This document shows positions 1 through 13,728 of a stretch of DNA of 64,000 nt, piece after piece. The notes beneath the pieces are model-generated. The model made no database searches, was not told the DNA's origin, and was given only the letters and a program-made list of their open reading frames with translations. Positions within the stretch are counted from its first letter, which is position 1; every line of letters starts with the position of its first letter. The position numbers were made by a program, and so were the translations under genes. This DNA is from Raillietiella orientalis (Eukaryota), in assembly GCA_036172245.1 (NCBI GenBank), contig JAYWIR010000018.1, forward strand, positions 2,046,001 through 2,110,000. Reading direction: 5' to 3'.

Positions 1-1434
1 TCCCATCCTAAACAATATCCAATGGTCAATATTAAAATTTTAAAACTGAAACAAATAGAATCAGAAATGCAAACCTGGAAGACGATTCATGTTAACTCCT
101 TGAGCTGACAATCCAATCCCCATATAGCTAAAAAGTAAAAATTTAATTTTGGTTTTACAGAACCATAACCTCACCCATCTCTTCCTTTACTAATTATTTT
201 GACTTCAAAGTAATACAAGCCACATGCAGAAGGAATTGGATGGGTTGCTCTTACACTACCAGCATCAATATGTGTCTTTCCATGACCTCAAATGCAAGTC
301 TATCCTAAGTTTTTGCATTCACAATTATGAAACAAAAACTTTTACTTTGTACCTTAAATGAATTTGAATTTCTTACAATTAAATTAAAATTTATAATAAA
401 TGTAAAGAAATGAACATTTTTATTATACTGTGAAACAATAATCAACAAACATGAAACTTTGATCTCCTCACAATTTGTAACAAAAATTCATTTCATCGAC
501 AAAATGCATGAGAATAGCAATGGACAATTCTGTTTACCAAAGTGCTCGTTCTACTTCAATTCATGGTGTTTTGCTAATGTAAAATTGGCATAGAAATTTG
601 TTAAATATGGTTTTTGCACATGATTTTATCATTCCTTGTACTTCCTTTTAGGAAGTTCAAATTTTCCCAATTCGTAAGCACTCACAATTAACAAATCAGC
701 ATGCATTGAAAATTTAATTCATATTTGAAAGAACATCCTAAATAGATTGAAAGAGTTACAACAATCATGCACTCATATTTGTGTAGATGATACCAGTTTT
801 AAATCTGATTTCACTGAAATGTTCCAAACTGGAAGGCAGCTGCAGGTTGGAAAAAAGCTAATAGTAATACTTTTAATGGCTTTCGACATGTGCATTTTTG
901 CATATTGCATTAGCTCATCATGATAGTAACATGGACAAGAATCTGTATCACCATGTTATAAACAATTTGGAGTCCAAACATATGTTACACTGAACTCAGT
1001 AACAATACTCAAAAGAAATAGTGCATTTCAAGGATTATCGAATTGCATTGCAGCAAATGGTTCAGTGAAGTTGGGAACCAAATGTCAGTGAAAACAAAAC
1101 GGATTTTTGACCATGCTTTCAACAAGCTTGATCTTATTTACTGAAACTATGAACAATTAGATCAAAAATACAATTATAAATGTTGTATACACATTAATTT
1201 CTAAACATGGAAAACAATTTTAAGCAAAAGTTATAATTCGTAGCAATAAGCATAGTAAAAATTACCTTTATAATGAACTCTAAGATTGTTTTGTGATAAT
1301 CCAATATAATTACATTTATCTTTGTTACTCCATGCTCTGGGTAAAGGAGTTTCCAATTCGTTCACATGTGGATATAAGAGCTTTATCCTGTCTATTTGAT
1401 TATTATTTATTTCTAATTTTGAGGAGGATGTCAT
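1..1434 (-). CDS. RANBP9: Ran-binding protein 9/10 (RanBPM, SPRY domain; CTLH complex), 5' part only; gene runs off the left edge
   Basis: Exons 1434-1266, 286-175, 127-75 and 7-1 splice in frame to ...[94 protein letters not shown], the RanBP9/10 SPRY N-terminus. Confidence 0.95.
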
Positions 1435-3385
1435 TTTATTTCAGTCGATTCATCACAGGGGCCTCACCTGGCAATAAGAACTAGGCTTGTGAAAAGATAA
1501 CAGAAAACAACTTATTTGAATGCTAAAATACTCATGCATCCGTTGATTTTTCCTTACAGTTAGCATTGCATACTTTTCACACATGTTGAAATAAACATTA
1601 CCACGAAGCACCTCCTGTCACAAATGTAAACAGAAGTCAACACGATACGAAGCATACAATAGAGTCGTATAAAGCATAGAACAAAATCCTTTTGGGAAAA
1701 TCCATTTCGACAATTGCAGTCCTTTCTCAGCCTTGAGCTTTTTTCTGCCCAAAGTTTACCAATAGTTTTATACGATTTTCAGGAACCATAAACTAATACA
1801 TAGTTGTCGCTGAACACAACTTCAAAATTAAAACCTTTCTGATTTTACAGCATTTCGAAGATTGCATATCATTCAAATCACAAACAAAAGTATAAAATCT
1901 AAGAAAAGATTATCCTATTCCTAACTAGTCATAGCTTCTATTTCTTTCGGTTATTTTTAAGAATAATTCAAGCGTTTCATAATTCATTTGAAATGTTCTC
2001 AGTAATTTTTACTGTGACTCTTTGCACTTTTCCAAAAATGTTCCTGAACTATTCCAAAACAAGAAATGTGTTATGTACGTCCTAAATACAATCCATATAA
2101 GTAAAAAAAAAAAAAAAGTCGATTCGAATATTTACAATTTAAATATGCTGTAATCTCGGATTACAATCGTATTTGATATTACCGATAATTATGATACTAA
2201 ACGTGATGAACGTTTCAATTGAATCCTCTTTCAACTCATCAGGACATTAACCGCAGACATATATCAACCCTTCAAAAGTATTTCCTGAAAATTTCGTGTA
2301 GCCCTTTGTAACCTAACTGTGTTGCATGTTACTTTAAATACAGATCTGTTTCAATACTTTTCCAGAAAAACGTTTTATGATGATAATCGTCGCATTTGAT
2401 AATGTCAATGGAATGCATTTGATGATCTCCCAAATTAAAGTCTTAAATCCTGGCTAAATAAAAATAGTATATCAGCATTTTGTTGTATTCACAAATTTAT
2501 TTTGATCTTTGAAACTTGTTTACGATAATTTCCCGAAGTGATAAAATAAACATTACCACGAAAAACTGATAACACCAAACACATTGAGGCTGAAGAAGAA
2601 AAGCAGATAAGCACTAATTTTTTTTTTTAAAAAAAAAAAACGTTTTCTACGTTTTTCGTGATCTTGTTCATTATATTTCTTGTACAATTCTGTTTAAAAA
2701 CGAATCAACATGATTAACAGGCATTAGTGGACATGAATAGCTTGTCTTGGGAGAGTATTTTAAATGGCAAAAAATAAATGTCGCGGGAAACAAGTGCTAC
2801 TAAAAAGGCGTAACTGACGCGAAATGTTGATTGATATTTGGTAACGCGAAACATCCTTAGTTTTTAGCGCTAACTAATATTGGTACCGATTAAAAAGAGC
2901 AGAATATATTTTTTGTCGTTACTAACTGTATATCTCTATTGTAGAATGCAAACAAGAAGATAATCAAAATCAGCTTCGTTATAAAAGTGTAAACTAAACT
3001 TAAATCCTAAGGAACCTTAAGCTTCTAGTATAAGGGCACACTGAATGTTGAAATCGTTTATATGATACTAGTACAAAAACCGTACGCAAACGAACTCTAT
3101 AGACGTTTATAAAAGCAGGCATATAAAGAGACATTACATAGCTTTACAGAAAACTCAGTAATTGCATAAGTTTTTTCCATCACAGAACTTTATCTCTTAA
3201 CAGGGAAAAACAAAAACACAGTCAACTATCTTTAAAAATCACATTGCAATCGAACCACTGAATATTGTTCGGATATGGAGATGAAATTGCATTATGTGCT
3301 TTAAGACAGTCTCCATTTTCATGATAACAGCATTAAATGAAGCTTAAGAGAGATACAGTGCATCATCCGATGCACAGTGTGCATG

Positions 3386-3436
3386 CAATCAAATATTAAA
3401 TTTGAACATCCGATGCTCAAATTTGATATTTGATTG
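3386..3436. repeat. Near-perfect inverted repeat (25-bp arms)
   Basis: caatcaaatattaaatttgaacatc-c-gatgctcaaatttgatatttgattg. A smaller palindrome with the same catccgatgc core lies at ~3358-3375, and another palindrome at 3519-3543. Confidence 0.85.
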
Positions 3437-5397
3437 GTACACCTTAAGGCACGATGAGCCTTAAAATTCATTACTTAGAATGCAGTGAAACTTCGAAGCA
3501 CCAATGACTGTGCATAACAGAAATCCCTGTAATAGGGATTTCTTTTATGTTAAAAGTAATTGAGGGCTAACCAAATTGCTGAACTCTTGTAGAGATGACC
3601 GACAGAAACATGCGATAGAAAAACACGAATGAACCATCATTGTCCCTTCCAGTTTATTTATTAATTAGTTGAAGTTCGCAGTACACTTTGTTGTGTATTT
3701 CCAAACTTTACCAAATCTGCAAGAAATTCTTCGCAATTTTCCATGCATATAATTCATACTCTTTTTTGCATAAGGAGACCCGTAGAAAAGGTTTCAAATG
3801 CAAATACAATCATAGACTAATATTTTGACACAGTAATCCTAATAGAACAGTCAAATTTTATGCCATGTTTTTCGATATTTATTTATTTTATATTTTCCCT
3901 AAAGCTAGACGATGTAACTGAACGTTCAAACTGAAGTATCACTACACTTACTAAATAGAAGGGAAGGCAGTTTTGAAGATTGTACTACTACTTATACAAC
4001 ACCTCACTCATGTGAAGCTTTTCATTTTCTCTTTGGATACCTTTCCCATCATACAACCTATCGAAACTATAGAAATCCAAATATTAGGGCACGTACATAA
4101 TGTAACCAGAACTAACTTGTAGCAATAGTTGGAAAAAATTATCATTGATTAATGTTCAACAAAGTAATATTTTACGCTTGCCATACAATAGATAAATTTT
4201 AAATTTCCTCTGAATTATTGTAATTAAAATTATGCACTAACGTATGCACTAATTTTATGAACTTTAATCGCTTTTGGTCGTACTTTTTCATCTCAGAGTT
4301 TCTAAAATTAAGTACCATCTGATTTTGCGTGTCATCTTGCCCCGGGGGCATGCGAATCTCCGTAGCTTTCCAGTCTGGTATACGTACCACCGAAACGGCT
4401 AATAGTGAGCTGATTAAAGTTTTAGTTTTCATTTGCCAACCACAAAATCGCCGCGGCGTATTATATAATGTATCTTAAACAGAAATTTCGGAAATCTTGG
4501 CACCAAATAAGTTGACTGTGTCGTATAATAATGACAAATTGATGAATTTAACCTGCAGCCTTGATATACGTGCATCCAATGAGTATAGCAACCGTGTACC
4601 GTATAAAATGGAATCGAGTAAAGGGAAAATATAAACTCGAATGAGATGCAATTATACTTTCATGAAGTAAGGAAATTACCTGTAACTTTCACAATTAACG
4701 AAACTCTTAAGGTGGCTGAAAATCCATAACCAGTCAGAAAGAAAATGACTGGAAATGGTGGGGGTGGGGGTGGGGCTGGAATGTGCCTCATTGGAAATTC
4801 AATTTAAAGAAATATGTAATTTTGATACCATATATGTAGGTACTACAATGCTCAAGCATGCTGGTCCAACTGTGTGCTCTGGAGACTTCCAGCAATGTTA
4901 ATAGTACTTATAATCACTCCAAATTAAGAAGTTATAAAAATGTTCTGTGGAGGAGAAAATGTTTGGCAATAAAAATAAAAAAAATTGCAACAACCATCAA
5001 TTGAGATTTTTTATTGGTTTGGCGTACTTAAAAATATATTAACACTGACCACCAAACATAGGTATATATAAAAACTCAATTCTGTGTAACTGAAAGAAAC
5101 ATATTTTTATGAGGGACTTCAAATATTATGCAAATGCTTAAGTGTAGGCAAATACTCATGCAAATTGATATTGGCAAAATATGCAATACAAATCACTTTT
5201 AAAACAATGAAAACAAACTCATTTGATCATAAAATCTAACTTATCATTTTGGTCTATTACAAATGAATAAAATCAAAACTAGTACAGTGATTAATAATAA
5301 GAAAATAAATAATTATAATTTTATTAATTAATCGCTTCTCTTGACATCCAAACTGTCTGGTAGTCTCCATTCTTATCAGTTAATATAAGATACAAAA

Positions 5398-8300
5398 TCA
5401 TGATTCCATGTGTTCCTCAAGACCTATAAAATCTCAACAAAAAATGAGTCTCACCCAGCTCACCTATCAGTGAACGATACCATTCTGAAGGAAACGGCCA
5501 GGAATTTGTCCAGATTGGAGCATTTGGTTCAGCCTTTCAATTTCTTCTAATGATGTCGCATTGGCAATGGCTTGTTTGATAGCTCGCACTTCTTCCACTC
5601 CTAATCCTATGAAAACATTATTTCCAAATAAGGCTATGGATGGTTTATGATAACCTGGTCTTTTGAATGCTTCCAATTCAGAACCAGGAATTACTGCCTT
5701 TGATCTTTTTGCTGATATTTGCTGAAGAAGTTGTTTGCCTTGCTTGCTATGAAACAATTCATCAGCAGCAACCCTTTCCTTGAAAACATTTTAAAAATAC
5801 CGCAACACTCAAGCACAGCCTACTTTCTGCCTAATTTTGCGGAAATCCAAGATTCTAAGTTGGCGAATTTTAAAGACCACATACTGTCTATAATATGGTC
5901 GTGTTGATACTGGATTGTGTAATAAACTGAGGCACTTAAGTTCTCTCAAAGAAGCTAAGGGGTCAATGTCAGCAAGCTCTGTTATTAAATTATTAGTGAG
6001 CAACAAAGTTTCGATATGAGGAATTGTTGTGGCCAAATCATCAGCAATCCGACTGGAATGAAAAACACAACTGTCATCAATACCACTTTTCAATTATAGA
6101 AGAAAGGTCTAAAGCCTGAAACTGTAGATAAGTTCCTCGTGCTAACTTAACAGAGCAAGTTTCCATGAGGACTTTTGATGCAAATAGTGCTTGAACATGT
6201 GCAAAAATTGTGAATGAAATTTCAATCCAGAATTAGATTTTATGAAACATATCAAACATATAAGAGATCTTCTGAAATAATATATTCCTAAATACAATAA
6301 TTATAAAATAACTGCAACCTTCAGAAAACAAGAATCTTTGAAGACAATATCAGAAACATTCTTATAATAATCAACTAACTGTATTTTAAAAGTGACTAGC
6401 TGACTGTATTTTAAAATTAACATTGAAACACTGAAACACTTACACAATCCTGTTATTATTCATTGTAAGCCATTTTAATCTATTCAAAAGAGGAAATCCA
6501 TCTAATTTCCTTATATCATTGTCTGAAAAATCTATTGTATCAAACTGATCCTAAAAGATAACAGGGATAAGTACTTAACTTTCGAATGTGCATTGTCTTA
6601 CCAGTGTAGCTCCCAAGTTTTCAATTACAGGAATCTTATAGCCTAAAAGACAAAAAAACACATACACAAATCAAAAGACACACACATAAACAAATAATGA
6701 GATTTAATAGTGATTTGTTAGATCCAATGGACATCTCATTTTAAGAGCAAAATTAGATCAACCAACAAAGAATTTATTATATGCAAAAATAGCTAAGAAT
6801 AATGTGGAAACCATCAGTTATCACAAAAAAACATATTGCAATTACTAAAACAACTTGGAGAGAATATTATGTGAATGCTTTTCAAAACTAATTTGCCCAA
6901 AATCAAACATGCCAATCTTATATGCAACTTAAACAATAAAAGTGATTTTTTCTGTTGAAAGCATTCTTCTAAATGTGTAGAATACAGATTTTCAACAGAG
7001 ATGAAACAACATTTATGCACATAGCATGAATAATAGGAACAAACTGATAAAACCATGCAGAAACTAAATTTTCATGGAATACCAACACTTTAACATTTAT
7101 CAATTCCCCTAAGCTTGCTCAAACATTTTATAGAATGTTATCAGATCAAAGAATACCTATTTGTTATGAACCTTGAGCTAGCTAACATACACATTCTAAA
7201 GAGGAATACATAATTATAGTGAGTACGTTAAAGCTTCCTGTTTTTGAAGGATAAACACTTTTTCAAGAGAGAAATTGCTCATTTATTGTGCAATGTAAAT
7301 TATTACAATGTAAAATGTAAAAAGGCAATAGTCATGACTTCCTTCAACTCTGTTTCATGCATGATCATACCAGAACTAGGGTTTTGACTAGAAACTAAGG
7401 ATGCAATTTGAACAATGATTAAAGCAAGTATGGACAAATTATGCAGTACCAAGTGATTGAAAAGCACACCAAGTATCATTATCAACTACTTTCATAATAG
7501 TTTAAACTAAAAGTTCTTTAACACTGCACTTTTAATTATATATCATAAGTGCAATAATAAAGAACCAGGCATCAGTAAATACACACACAACAATACAGTA
7601 AACACGAAATACTTTGTTACAGTAATGACAAAGCTTCTATTCTATGTCACACTGTGCAGAAGTGGATATGCATGCATTTTAAATTTTGTCAACTAAAGAT
7701 TAATACTCAACACTTCCTCCACAAACCATAATTAACTAATTTTCATTAAAAACTGACTGCAATCAGATTTAAAATTACACTGTTAAAAGAATCCATTACA
7801 GCAATTTCATTTATTTTTACTGAATCAATCGATTTAGTGATAATGATATTTATTCACTGCTAATACATCTTTTTGATTTCTTCAGGTAGGCTAATCAGAT
7901 ATAGCATGCTTTCAAAGTCTTGCCAATTTCCCATAACAAAAACAATACAAAACTATCCTAAATCCCTCATATATACGCAATTCTTTGAGAAAAAATAGCA
8001 AATGAAACCATACATTTGTAATTTCTAAACTTAAGCTTAAGTCATTTAAGTACCTGATACATTTTTATTATCATAGTTTGGAGCAACCTCACCTAACAGA
8101 AAATTCTGTTTTTGTAAAGGCATACCTTTGACTGATTTTACGAGGAAAAGTATCCGAAAAACGTGGAACTTGAGAAGTATCTACAATCTGCAACACCATT
8201 GTATTTCAGCTTTTACAAAAACTAACTGTGAAAATTCCTGACTGTAAAAATTTCATTATTTCCAAAAATGCAAATTAAGTATAATCAAATTTTTTATAAA

Positions 8301-9137
8301 ACAATAAGGAGCACATAAGAATTTGAGTTAATTCAATGATATTTTTCACTAAAACCTGATCAGAAGGAAAATCACACGAGTTGCTAGACAAAATCACTCT
8401 TCACCGTGATGCCCCAAATGAATGGAATACAGATTTCAGTAAGCTCCTTGCAACAAAACATACAGATAAAAAATCAGAATAACTCTGAAATAATGATCAC
8501 AAAAAAATTCAGCATGATGAGATCAAGCATCAATGCAATTTTCCAAACAAAACATCAAACTGAATCCTCTCTTATTTAAACCACTGTTCAGCATTAAAAT
8601 TTCACACTGAAAATCGGCACTTTGGGAAACACCTAACGTAAATCCAATTAATTTGCTCTTTAAGTGAATGAATGTTGTCCCTTCACTTAATGACAATGAA
8701 AAGTACATCAGGTCAGCTGGAAGGAAATACTCTCATTCACTGCTCATACGTTGTCTGTTAAAATATGTAGAACTACTTTTTGTATCCCATATTTATTACT
8801 TTAATACTTTACTTTAATATCTTGGGTCCAAACACTGATATAAATAAAAACTATCATTTCATTACATTAGTCTTAGCATGTACTTTTGTAGGTCTGAAAC
8901 TTATACTTAGAATAATTAAGGAGCAATTATCCACTGGAGCTAACATATCTTACAGAAAAACGTATAAAAAGTCAAAATAAGGCAAAGAACTTTCATAATT
9001 TACATACTAATTATTAACTTGTGTGATCATTTATAACACATCTGCAAGTACTTACCACGTAAGTCCAACTCACGGTCTCTTACAGGATTAATGTACTGAT
9101 AAGATTGTTGAATCAACTCAGGAGTTAGCTTAACCAT
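5398..9137 (-). CDS. SNRPA1: U2 snRNP protein A' (leucine-rich repeat)
   Basis: Exons 9137-9056, 6642-6602, 6550-6444, 6052-5824, 5778-5655, 5606-5481 and 5423-5398, all GT-AG, give MVKLTPELIQQSYQYINPVRDRELDLRGYKIPVIENLGATLDQFDTIDFSDNDIRKLDGFPLL...LRILDFRKIRQKER...AIANATSLEEIERLNQMLQSGQIPG...EEHMES*. AATAAA on the minus strand at ~5320-5325. The last exon is the least certain. Confidence 0.96.
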
Positions 9138-10511
9138 ATCGAAATACCCAGTTAGGGATAGTTGGAACTTCAATTCAGATTTTCCATAAACCGTTTCAAC
9201 GCGGTAAGCTGAAAATCAGGATGCTCAAGGCAACCTTCAATTTCAAAGTTTTTTGAGGTTCAAAATAAACTATAAAAATGTTCATGAAGTTCCGTCTTCA
9301 ATGCAAACGAGAATATTTGAAAGAATTTATTCACAATCAAAGTAACACGCTATCAATTACTATTTTAAATATTTCCTCCTTTAGTTTATATAAAGGAAAT
9401 ATTTTTACATAACAAGGAACGTTTCAAGTAGATAAATTCAGCAACATTTGTTATCCTTTTTTATTTTCTGAAAAATGTAATGTTCCGGTATATAATATAC
9501 ATTCATTCACAATCATTTTAATTTGCTAACGAATTCTTTAAAATTTTATTATTCTCTTGCCATTTTTGCAGCTAAGAAAAGTGTAAATTGGTCCAAACTA
9601 GAAGTTTTTTTTTTTTTCCAGAAAATTAACAATAATAAATGTTTTCGATTTAAAAGCCCATTTCCAGTTCAAAACTTCAATCCAAAAAATTTTACCTAAA
9701 TAATAACTTTAAGAATCAAAACAAACTTCCATTCAATGAATCAAGACTATTCAATAATTATTTAAGATATAATAATGACCTGCGTCAAATACTAGTATTA
9801 TGTATCTTGGTTTCATATATTGATATCATTAATAAACACTGTCATTTCATTAGAAGAATCCTTAGCATGAACTCTGTCAATCTGACGGTAATGATATTCC
9901 CTCATTTTTCAGTATGTAAAATCCTTAATCCACGACAAATTCTTAAATTAATATCAAGTTTTACCTCATGATTTTGTACATCTAAAGAAAAATTCTATAC
10001 GACTAATAGGCTATTTATGTTTAGATAATGTAACTAAATCTTTTCAAATATTAGTTGTCATAATTTTTTTTTCTTCATCTACTATGATCCACCTGCTAAA
10101 GTGATATCCAAAATAATAAACTGTTATTACTTGAAATAATACTACCTTTATTAGAATGTTGCTATATATTGTTAAATATGCAAATTCGTTGACTAAAATG
10201 AATTAAGTACAAAACATTGGTATACTTGCCACCTGTACATCAAACATTGTTTCATTGCGGTATAATATGCTTATATACTGTAAATATCGCAATGTATCCA
10301 TCATTGATCCATTGCAGTTACTAAGTACACGAATGAAGTAAATCATATTTTCAAGGAAAAGATTTTGAGCGGATGGTGGACTAAGTCAGTGAGTGAATTC
10401 CAAATATGTCAAAAAATACCATTAACAATCAATTCACTGAAAAAACATTTTAAGTAGTGATTCATCAAAATTTAACCTCACCCTAATTACAAAGAAAACT
10501 TCGTTCTTCCA

Positions 10512-10550
10512 GTTTAGTATTGTAGTATTGAAAATACTACAATACTAAAC
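10512..10550. repeat. Perfect palindrome, 18-bp arms, 3-nt spacer
   Basis: gtttagtattgtagtatt-gaa-aatactacaatactaaac. Confidence 0.9.
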
Positions 10551-13500
10551 CAATGAGATTGTTAGAAACGCATCTTTGTGCATTTCTTTTATTTTATAAA
10601 TATGCATTGCAGCTCAAAAGTTTAGACGTTATTTTAGAAACAATATCTCATATATCTGATATCATTCTAACCACATCGTTTTGTGAATAAATCCTTTCCA
10701 CACTGTTGCACCTAGCTTACTGTGCTGGAATTTCTCAACAGCAAACATTTGTGATATTACTTAAAGTAATTCCTGAATACAAAAATTTTTATGGGCTCAA
10801 ATAATCAATATTTGGATAGAAAAGTAGCATAATTTCAAAAACCTTCTGCCTCTAAAAACAAACTTAATTGTCAAGGACCTTGGTGCTAATGAAGTGGTTT
10901 CGATTCATGCTTGAAAGTCACATACTTCATGTGTGCACTCAAGATAGAAATTCAGTTCCAATATCATATAATGCACATAAATTGTTGTGCCTACATTTGT
11001 AGTACACTAAAATGGGTTCTTACTGTGACCAGTCCCTGTGGTAGTTTCCCATTTGTACTCCAACCGTGCATTATAAAGCAAGAGAATATTCAAGTTGAAA
11101 ATTCTCTGAATTCATTAAACTTTTAATGTATCTACAGAATATGAAAGGTATTTACAGATAGAAGAAAATCACATGACAGATTAAGAAAAAGAGCTCGTCA
11201 GCAATGGAAGCACTAATTCTCATTGAATAAAAATGAAAAAGAAGCCAAGATTCGTGCTTGAAATCCTTACTTGTGAGAAGATATAGCCGCTTGTAGATAA
11301 CTGAACATTAAAGAGCATTTTACGCTTTTGTAGGCGAATTGTGAAATCAACTATAGAATTATTTAAAATGACTGGCAAAATCTTGTAGCTGATGATCACT
11401 TTGCTTTTATATAAGATCAGCCAACAAATTTCTGATTTTTATAAAAAGTCTTTCGGTAATGCTGTACAGCTTTAAAGTCTTCAGGAATTCCTTTTCGAAT
11501 TTTCAGAAATACAAAGTTTGTCTCGAAGACTTGAGCGTAGCAGACTGAAGTGTATATAAGCATAAAACACTCAGGCACATACTGCTTTATTTTGAGATGA
11601 TATTACTTAGAATTTATTGATGTTTATTCAGGTAGAATAAAATAACAGCAAAACAACAAACACAAACGTTACCAAGAAATATAAATATCATGACGATTTC
11701 CTATTTCTCAAAAGTTCATTCTGAATCATCTTTCGAAATTGAGACTTGTTGGATTCTTTTTTGAGATGTTACTATAGCCCTACGAAACGTACATGCAAGT
11801 TGAAATTTTACAGAATGTTCATCCTAAGTCATTCTTATCAACACGACAAAAAATAATGAATTTAAGCATTGAGAGAATGATAAAACTTTATGTTTGCAAG
11901 CCGGATTCAAATTGGAAATGTACTATTGATGTTCTCTGGCTAATGAAGTACTCCATCGTGTTGGTGAACCAGTCCCAAATCTGTATTCAAACATAATTGA
12001 ATTCTAGAAATGCTTCTAGAGCTTTTGGCTTCACCAAGGACTAGGGTTGAACCAGTGGCTTTGTTGCTTTAAGGTTTTTGAAGTATGAAGTTTTTCTTTC
12101 CTCATTAGCATTAACAAATACCTTGAAGGTTACGAGAGCCTACAGTTTTACTTGGTCAATTTGTACTCTTATGTATTGTAATGAAATGAAATCCCTTTTC
12201 ATGGATGCTTATCGAATTCCTTACAAATATCTCATCCTTCATCAGACACTTATGTTTATGCATTGATTATACTGTAGTAATCTGTACTGTAGTGATCGAA
12301 CGTTTTTTCATGAATGCAATGTTATAAAGCCAAAATTGATGATTAAATTGTTAATTGAATTAAGGACTACAATAACTATGAAATGAACACAAATAAATAT
12401 AAAAAAATCTGGGGAGAAAATGAATTTCTATTAGATGATTGTGATTTCTACTCTATTGATGGGTTCTTTGCTATTCTTAAACTGTTCCTATTTACCAGAA
12501 AATAGCAGCATGTGGCAGAACGCTAACAACGGGGTTATTCTTGGTTAGCGCGGTTTGCAATGCATGACGACACGCTCAAATGCGTTGCATCTCAGCGAGT
12601 GCAGGAATTATGACGTTGGAAACAAGGAGCTTCTTGGTGCCACTTTCAAAAATGAGCACCAAAAACCCCTTGAATCTAACAGGAAAACTTATGGGATCAA
12701 TTATCAGTTGTACACACAGTATAATTTTGAGAGCTCTGTTTAATACTTCTACTCAAAGTTCGACATAGTTAATTAATACATCATTTATGGGATCCTTCCG
12801 TAATGTTCCAAGAATGAGGTAAAAAGATTCTGCGGAAGATTAAAATGATTCAGAAACTACCTGGCATTTCACACTAGCCTTTAATTTCTTACATAGAGGA
12901 ATTGGTTTTTCAAGAAGATCTTACACCAAGAATTGTTCGTAATGTGAATTCTATTTCATGCTGCTAGTGCGACGTTACTTGCACTACCTTGCAGATGGCA
13001 AGTAATGTGGCAATAAATGCAAGAATAATGTGTGTATCACTACTGCAGTGAATACCTGTAACCATGATAAAGTGCAGCGAGTATTATCTAAGAAACAAGC
13101 AGAACATTAAAACTTTTCTGAAACATGCAATTGTATGTGAAGCCTTAGGTGCCATCAGGTTAATGATGCAAGAATGCTTCTTTATCTATACACATAAAGA
13201 AATAATAAAAGAATTAAACGGTAACTGAAAAGATGGTGCTTGAGCACACAACTTAAACACCACTTTCCACCACTCCATGATGAGATTTGTATACATATTT
13301 CTGCTAAAAGCAATTTATATTAAGCAAAGGAATACTATCTATCTCTGGAGGATTCTTCAGATCCAAACAATGCACAACACTAGATATATTCAAGATTAGT
13401 GTCATTTATCTATGAAAGGAATATGTAGTGGACACCTGCAAAAGGAACTAAATGCCAACTTTTAATTTACATTCTTCTTGGATTTAATTTCCAACGATTT

Positions 13501-13728
13501 ATTGTCCTGATTTTTCCATAAAAATTATGGACTGGACTTAAAAACGAGAGAGTAATTCAGGCAGAGTGTGTGCTGGCTGTGGCTTGTTATGTTAATTTTC
13601 ATCCCTTGTTTCATCAGATTTCACCATTCATGGGCTGGCCACAAAAGGCATCAATTTTGGGTATGTATCGTAAAATTAGAAGAATTAGATGAAAGTTTAA
13701 ATGAAGGTCCATCTGATTTTTTCCATCT

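Noticed and set aside
4320..4460. GC-richer structured patch tested as RNase MRP/P, HDV-like ribozyme or minor snRNA
   Set aside because: The required pseudoknot pairings and conserved boxes could not be completed.
9200..12500. Divergent protein-coding gene next to SNRPA1
   Set aside because: Only isolated splice-like sites; no coherent ORF.
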